From Auanema rhodensis (lineage: Eukaryota > Animalia > Nematoda), in assembly GCA_964057225.1 (NCBI GenBank), contig OZ059900.1, positions 2,232,001 through 2,296,000 on the forward strand: 64,000 bases of DNA, in the 5' to 3' direction. The position numbers and the translations under genes were made by a program. This document shows, piece after piece, positions 58,012-64,000 of this stretch (within the stretch, counting starts at the first letter, position 1; each line of letters begins with the position of its first letter). The notes beneath the pieces are model-generated. The model was not told where the DNA came from. It ran no database searches and was given only the letters and a program-made list of their open reading frames with translations.

Positions 58012-60699
58012 TTTATTTTTACGAGTTTGCACTGATATTTATTCATTTTGATCAAAAAAGGTCGAAAATAGAAAGTATTTTTGAAATTTACGAGTTTTGA
58101 GTCTAATTTGGCTAAATCGCTCATATATATGATCAAAAGCATAGTTTTACTGTCTATGATAACAAAAGTCTTCAAATATACACTAATAATGATTGAATCA
58201 CTGAATTTCACTCAAATAGCATTACTACACTAAGTATGGTCGTTTTTATGCCTTTAACACCATATACTCACCGATTTTTGGTACAAAATCTGTAATACTC
58301 GTAAATTTTGATCATATTCGTTAAGATTCGAGAATCAAACACACAATACACGAAATAAGTTTATTTTTACGAGTTTGCACTGATATTTATTCATTTTGAT
58401 CAAAAAAGGTCGAAAATAGAAAGAATTTTTGAATTTTCCGAGTTTTGAGTCCAATTGGGCTAAATCGCTCATATATATGATCGAAAGCATAGTTTCACTG
58501 TCTATGATAACAAAAGTCTTCAAATATACACTAGTAATGATTAAATCACTGAATTTCACTCAAATAGCTTTACTACACTAAGTATGGTCGTTTTTATGCC
58601 TTTAACACCATATACTCACCGATTTTTGGTACAAAATCTGTAATACTCGTAAATTTTGATCATATCCGTTAAGATTCGAGAATCAAACACACAATACACG
58701 AAATAAGTTTATTTTTACGAGTTTGCACTGATATTTATTCATTTTGATCAAAAAAGGTCGAAAATAGAAAGAATTTTTGAATTTTCCGAGTTTTGAGTCC
58801 AATTGGGCTAAATCGCTCATATATATGATCAAAAGCATAGTTTCACTGTCTATGATAACAAAAGTCTTCAAATATACACTAGTAATGATTAAATCACTGA
58901 ATTTCACTCAAATAGCATTACTACACTAAGTATGGTCGTTTTTATGCCTTTAACACCATATACTCACCGATTTTTGGTACAAAATCTGTAATACTTGTAA
59001 ATTTTGATCATATTCGTTAAGATTTGAGAATCAAACACATAATACACGAAATAAGTCTTTTTTTACAAGTTTGCACTGATATTTATTCATTTTGATCAAA
59101 AAAGGTCGAAAATAGAAAGAATTTTTGAAATTTCCGAGTTTTGAGTCCAATTTGGCTAAATCGCTCATATATATGATCAAAAGCATAGTTCTATTGTCTA
59201 TAACAACAAAAGTCTTTAATTAAACGCTAGTGATGTTTTAATACTGAATTTTGCTCAAATAGCATTACTACACTAAGTATGGTCGTTTTTATGCCTTTAA
59301 CACCATATACTCACCGATTTTTGGTACAAAATCTGTAATACTTGTAAATTTTGATCATATTCGTTAAGATTTGAGAATCAAACACACAATACACAAAATC
59401 AGTCAATTTTTATGAGCTTGCACTGATATATATTCATTTTGATCAAAAAAGGTCGAAAATAGAAAGAATTTTTGAAATTTCCGAGTTTTGAGTCCAATTT
59501 GGCTAAATCGCTCATATATATGATCAAAAGCATAGTTCTATTGTCTATAACAACAAAAGTCTTTAATTAAACGCTAGTGATGTTTTAATACTGAATTTTG
59601 CTCAAATAGCATTACTACACTAAGTATGGTCGTTTTTATGCCTTTAACACCATATACTCACCGATTTTTGGTACAAAATCTGTAATACTTGTAAATTTTG
59701 ATCATATTCGTTAAGATTCGAAAATCAAACACACAATACACGAAATAAGTTTATTTTTACAAGTTTGCACTGATATTTATTCATTTTGATCAAAAAAGGT
59801 CGAAAATAGAAAGAATTTTTGAAATTTCCGAGTTTTGAGTCTAATTTGGCTAAATCGCTCATATATATGATCAAAAGCATAGTTTTATTGTCTATGACAA
59901 CAAAAGTCATCAATTAAACGCTAGTGATGTTTAAATACTGAATTTCGCTCAAATAGCATTACTACACTAAGTATGGTCGTTTTTATGCCTTTAACACCAT
60001 ATACTCACCGATTTTTGGTACAAAATCTGTAATACTCGTAAATTTTGATCATATTCGTTAAGATTTGAGAATCAAACATACAATACACAAAATCAGTCTA
60101 TTTTTATGAGCTTGCACTGATATATATTCAATTTGATCAAAAAAGGTCGAAAATAGAAAGAATTTTTGAAATTTACGAGTTTTGAGTCTAATTTGGCTAA
60201 ATCGCTCATATATATGATCAGAAGCATAGTTTTATTGTCTATGACAACGAAAGTCATTAATTAAACACTAATGATGTTTAAATAACTAAATTTCGCTCAA
60301 ATAGCATTACTACACTAAGTATGGTCGTTTTTATGCCTTTAACACCATATACTCACCGATTTTTGGTACAAAATCTGTAATACTCGTAAATTTTGATCAT
60401 ATTCGGTGAGATTCGAGAATCAAACACACAATACACGAAATAAGTTTATTTTGACGAGTTTGCACTGATATTTATTCATTTTGATCAAAAAAGGTCGAAA
60501 ATAGAAAGAATTTTTGAATTTTCCGAGTTTTGAGTCCAATTGGGCTAAATCGCTCATATATATGATCAAAAGCATAGTTTTACTGTCTATGATAACAAAA
60601 GTCTTCAAATATACACTAATAATGTGTAAATCACTGAATTTCACTCAAATAGCTTTACTACACTAAGTATGGTCGTTTTTATGCCTTTAACACCATATA

Positions 60700-63600
60700 C
60701 TCAACGATTTTTGGTACAAAATCTGTAATACTCGTAAATTTTGATCATATTCGTTAAGATTTGAGAATCAAACATACAATACACAAAATCAGTCTAATTT
60801 TATGAGCTTGCACTGATATATATTCATTTTGATCAAAAAAGGTCGAAAATAGAAAGAATTTTTGAAATTTCCGAGTTTTGAGTCTAATTTGGCTAAATCG
60901 CTCATATACATGATCAGAAGCATAGTTTTATTGTCTATGACAACAAAAGTCATCAATTAAACGCTAGTGATGTTTAAATACTGATTTTCGCTCAAATAGC
61001 ATTACTACACTAAGTATGGTCGTTTTTATGCCTTTAACACCATATACTCACCGATTTTTGGTACAAAATCTGTAATACTCGTAAATTTTGATCATATTCG
61101 TTAAGATTTGAAAATCAAACACACAATAAACAAAATCAGTCTATTTTTATGAGTTTGCACTGATATATATTCATTTTGATCAAAAAAGGTCGAAAATAGA
61201 AAGAATTTTTGAATTTTCCGAGTTTTGAGTCCAATTGGGCTAAATCGCTCATATATATGATCAAAAGCATAGTTTTACTGTCTATGATAACAAAAGTCTT
61301 CAAATATACACTAATAATGATTAAATCACTGAATTTCACTCAAATAGCATTACTACACTAAGTATGGTCGTTTTTATGCCTTTAACACCATATACTCACC
61401 GATTTTTGGTACAAAATCTGTGATACTCGTAAATTTTGATCATATTCGTTAAGATTCGAAAATCAAACACACAATACACGAAATAAGTTTATTTTTACAA
61501 GTTTGCACTGATATTTATTCATTTTGATCAAAAAAGGTCGAAAATAGAAAGAATTTTTGAAATTTCCGAGTTTTGAGTCTAATTTGGCTAAATCGCTCAT
61601 ATATATGATCAAAAGCATAGTTTTATTGTCTATGACAACAAAAGTCATCAATTAAACGCTAGTGATGTTTAAATACTGAATTTCGCTCAAATAGCATTAC
61701 TACACTAAGTATGGTCGTTTTTATGCCTTTAACACCATATACTCACCGATTTTTGGTACAAAATCTGTGATACTCGTAAATTTTGATCATATTCGTTAAG
61801 ATTTGAGAATCAAACATACAATACACAAAATCAGTCTATTTTTATGAGCTTGCACTGATATATATTCATTTTGATCAAAAAAGGTCGAAAATAGAAAGAA
61901 TTTTTGAAATTTCCGAGTTTTGAGTCTAATTTGGCTAAATCGCTCATATATATGATCAAAAGCATAGTTTTACTGTCTATGATAACAAAAGTCTTCAAAT
62001 ATACACTAATAATGATTAAATCACTGATTTTCAGTCAAATAGCATTACTACACTAAGTATGGTCGTTTTTATGCCTTTAACACCATATACTCACCGATTT
62101 TTGGTACAAAATCTGTAATACTTGTAAATTTTGATCATATTTGTTAAGATTCGAGAATCAAACACATAATACACGAAATAAGTCTATTTTTACAAGTTTG
62201 CACTGATATTTATTCATTTTGATCAAAAAAGGTCGAAAATAGAAAGAATTTTTGAAATTTCCGAGTTTTGAGTCCAATTTGGCTAAATCGCTCATATATA
62301 AGATCAAAAGCATAGTTTTATTGTCTATAACAACAAAAGTCATCAATTAAACGCTAGTGATATTTAAATACTGATTTTCGCTCAAGTAGCATTACTACAC
62401 TAAGTATGGTCGTTTTTATGCCTTTAACACCATATACTCAACGATTTTTGGTACAAAATCTGTAATACTCGTAAATTTTGATCATATTCGTTAAGATTTG
62501 AGAATCAAACATACAATACACAAAATCAGTCTATTTTTATGAGCTTGCACTGATATATATTCATTTTGATCAAAAAAGGTCGAAAATAGAAAGAATTTTT
62601 GAAATTTCCGAGTTTTGAGTCTAATTTGGCTAAATCGCTCATATACATGATCAGAAGCATAGTTTTATTGTCTATGACAACAAAAGTCATCAATTAAACG
62701 CTAGTGATGTTTAAATACTGATTTTCGCTCAAATAGCATTACTACACTAAGTATGGTCGTTTTTATGCCTTTAACACCATATACTCACCGATTTTTGGTA
62801 CAAAATCTGTAATACTCGTAAATTTTGATCATATTCGTTAAGATTTGAAAATCAAACACACAATAAACAAAATCAGTCTATTTTTATGAGTTTGCACTGA
62901 TATATATTCATTTTGATCAAAAAAGGTCGAAAATAGAAAGAATTTTTGAATTTTCCGAGTTTTGAGTCCAATTGGGCTAAATCGCTCATATATATGATCA
63001 AAAGCATAGTTTTACTGTCTATGATAACAAAAGTCTTCAAATATACACTAATAATGATTAAATCACTGAATTTCACTCAAATAGCATTACTACACTAAGT
63101 ATGGTCGTTTTTATGCCTTTAACACCATATACTCACCGATTTTTGGTACAAAATCTGTGATACTCGTAAATTTTGATCATATTCGTTAAGATTCGAAAAT
63201 CAAACACACAATACACGAAATAAGTTTATTTTTACAAGTTTGCACTGATATTTATTCATTTTGATCAAAAAAGGTCGAAAATAGAAAGAATTTTTGAAAT
63301 TTCCGAGTTTTGAGTCTAATTTGGCTAAATCGCTCATATATATGATCAAAAGCATAGTTTTATTGTCTATGACAACAAAAGTCATCAATTAAACGCTAGT
63401 GATGTTTAAATACTGAATTTCGCTCAAATAGCATTACTACACTAAGTATGGTCGTTTTTATGCCTTTAACACCATATACTCACCGATTTTTGGTACAAAA
63501 TCTGTGATACTCGTAAATTTTGATCATATTCGTTAAGATTTGAGAATCAAACATACAATACACAAAATCAGTCTATTTTTATGAGCTTGCACTGATATAT

Positions 63601-64000
63601 ATTCATTTTGATCAAAAAAGGTCGAAAATAGAAAGAATTTTTGAAATTTCCGAGTTTTGAGTCTAATTTGGCTAAATCGCTCATATATATGATCAAAAGC
63701 ATAGTTTTACTGTCTATGATAACAAAAGTCTTCAAATATACACTAATAATGATTAAATCACTGATTTTCAGTCAAATAGCATTACTACACTAAGTATGGT
63801 CGTTTTTATGCCTTTAACACCATATACTCACCGATTTTTGGTACAAAATCTGTAATACTTGTAAATTTTGATCATATTTGTTAAGATTCGAGAATCAAAC
63901 ACATAATACACGAAATAAGTCTATTTTTACAAGTTTGCACTGATATTTATTCATTTTGATCAAAAAAGGTCGAAAATAGAAAGAATTTTTGAAATTTCCG
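60700..64000. repeat. Distinct 5-mer HOR (G'-A'-J-H'-F'), 1737-bp period, about two copies before the window end
   Basis: Offsets 61136->62873 and 61463->63200 are 1737. The private variants CTCAACGAT (60704/62441), ATATACATG, TTTGAAAATC, AATAAACAAA and TTCGAAAATC repeat at 1737. Confidence 0.92.

Larger units (their letters stand above)
1..64000. repeat. Tandem satellite DNA array, 347/348-bp monomer, about 184 copies, head-to-tail, running off both window edges
   Basis: The anchor GAGAATCAAAC and the block ACTACACTAAGTATGGTCGTTTTTATGCCTTTAACACCATATACTCACCGATTTTTGGTACAAAATCTGT recur every 347-348 bp from start to end. ORF-track coordinates step by 347/348 or sums thereof (643, 1337, 2033, 2380, 3074, 3422 ... 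63200). No unique sequence was seen. Confidence 0.99.

Noticed and set aside
316-63388. About 100 near-identical 61-74 aa minus-strand ORFs that look like a tandem small-protein gene family
   Set aside because: They mostly start at TTG/GTG, show no recognisable domain, and are rich in AT-codon residues (F, I, K, L, N). The frame is truncated by a TGA in types A, C and G and frameshifted in type F. Type-defining variants are frequently non-synonymous. They simply track the satellite period. Ribo-seq or proteomic evidence would be needed to revive them.
1-64000. CRISPR-like array (invariant block alternating with variable segments)
   Set aside because: The variable segments are homologous to one another rather than unique spacers, the 347-bp period is far too long, and there are no cas genes or leader.
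1-64000. Assignment to a named satellite or species (e.g. Drosophila 359-bp 1.688 family, ~350-bp Brassicaceae or beetle satellites)
   Set aside because: Only the length is similar. I cannot confirm sequence identity from memory, and the period is not 359 bp. A BLAST of the consensus is required.
1-64000. Tandem RNA gene cluster (5S rRNA, tRNA, snRNA or spliced-leader repeats have similar unit sizes)
   Set aside because: No 5S or tRNA sequence, Pol III A/B/C boxes or GC-rich structured core was recognisable, and the unit is uniformly about 29% GC.
1-64000. Assembly or sequencing artefact (concatemer of a single unit)
   Set aside because: The monomers show structured, hierarchical, substitution-dominated variation with stable types and private SNPs, not random homopolymer errors. 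Individual near-perfect duplications still merit read-level confirmation.

Overview
The whole 64-kb window is one uninterrupted, head-to-tail, single-orientation array of AT-rich satellite DNA (about 29% GC, counted over 661-960). It holds about 184 monomers of 347-348 bp. I found no genes, transposons, inversions, or indels larger than 1 bp. The roughly 100 short minus-strand ORFs are by-products of the repeat. Using the recurring GAATCAAAC anchor (T at 295, 643, 990, 1337, ...), the monomers fall into diagnosable types A-G. These form a dominant 7-mer higher-order repeat (HOR) of 2433 bp in the centre (about 17.7-54 kb). There are also local 3-mer (1042/1043 bp), 6-mer (2086 bp) and 5-mer (1737 bp) HORs, many chimeric monomers, and a different monomer lineage towards both ends. 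Each monomer appears to be a fused, diverged dimer of about 177 + 170 bp. It carries phased A/T tracts, a near-invariant ~70-bp block with two dyads, and many CpG transition polymorphisms. This architecture resembles a eukaryotic (peri)centromeric or subtelomeric satellite from a CG-methylating host, but neither function nor species can be established from sequence alone. Monomer typing was done by eye. I found no support for a new protein-coding system.
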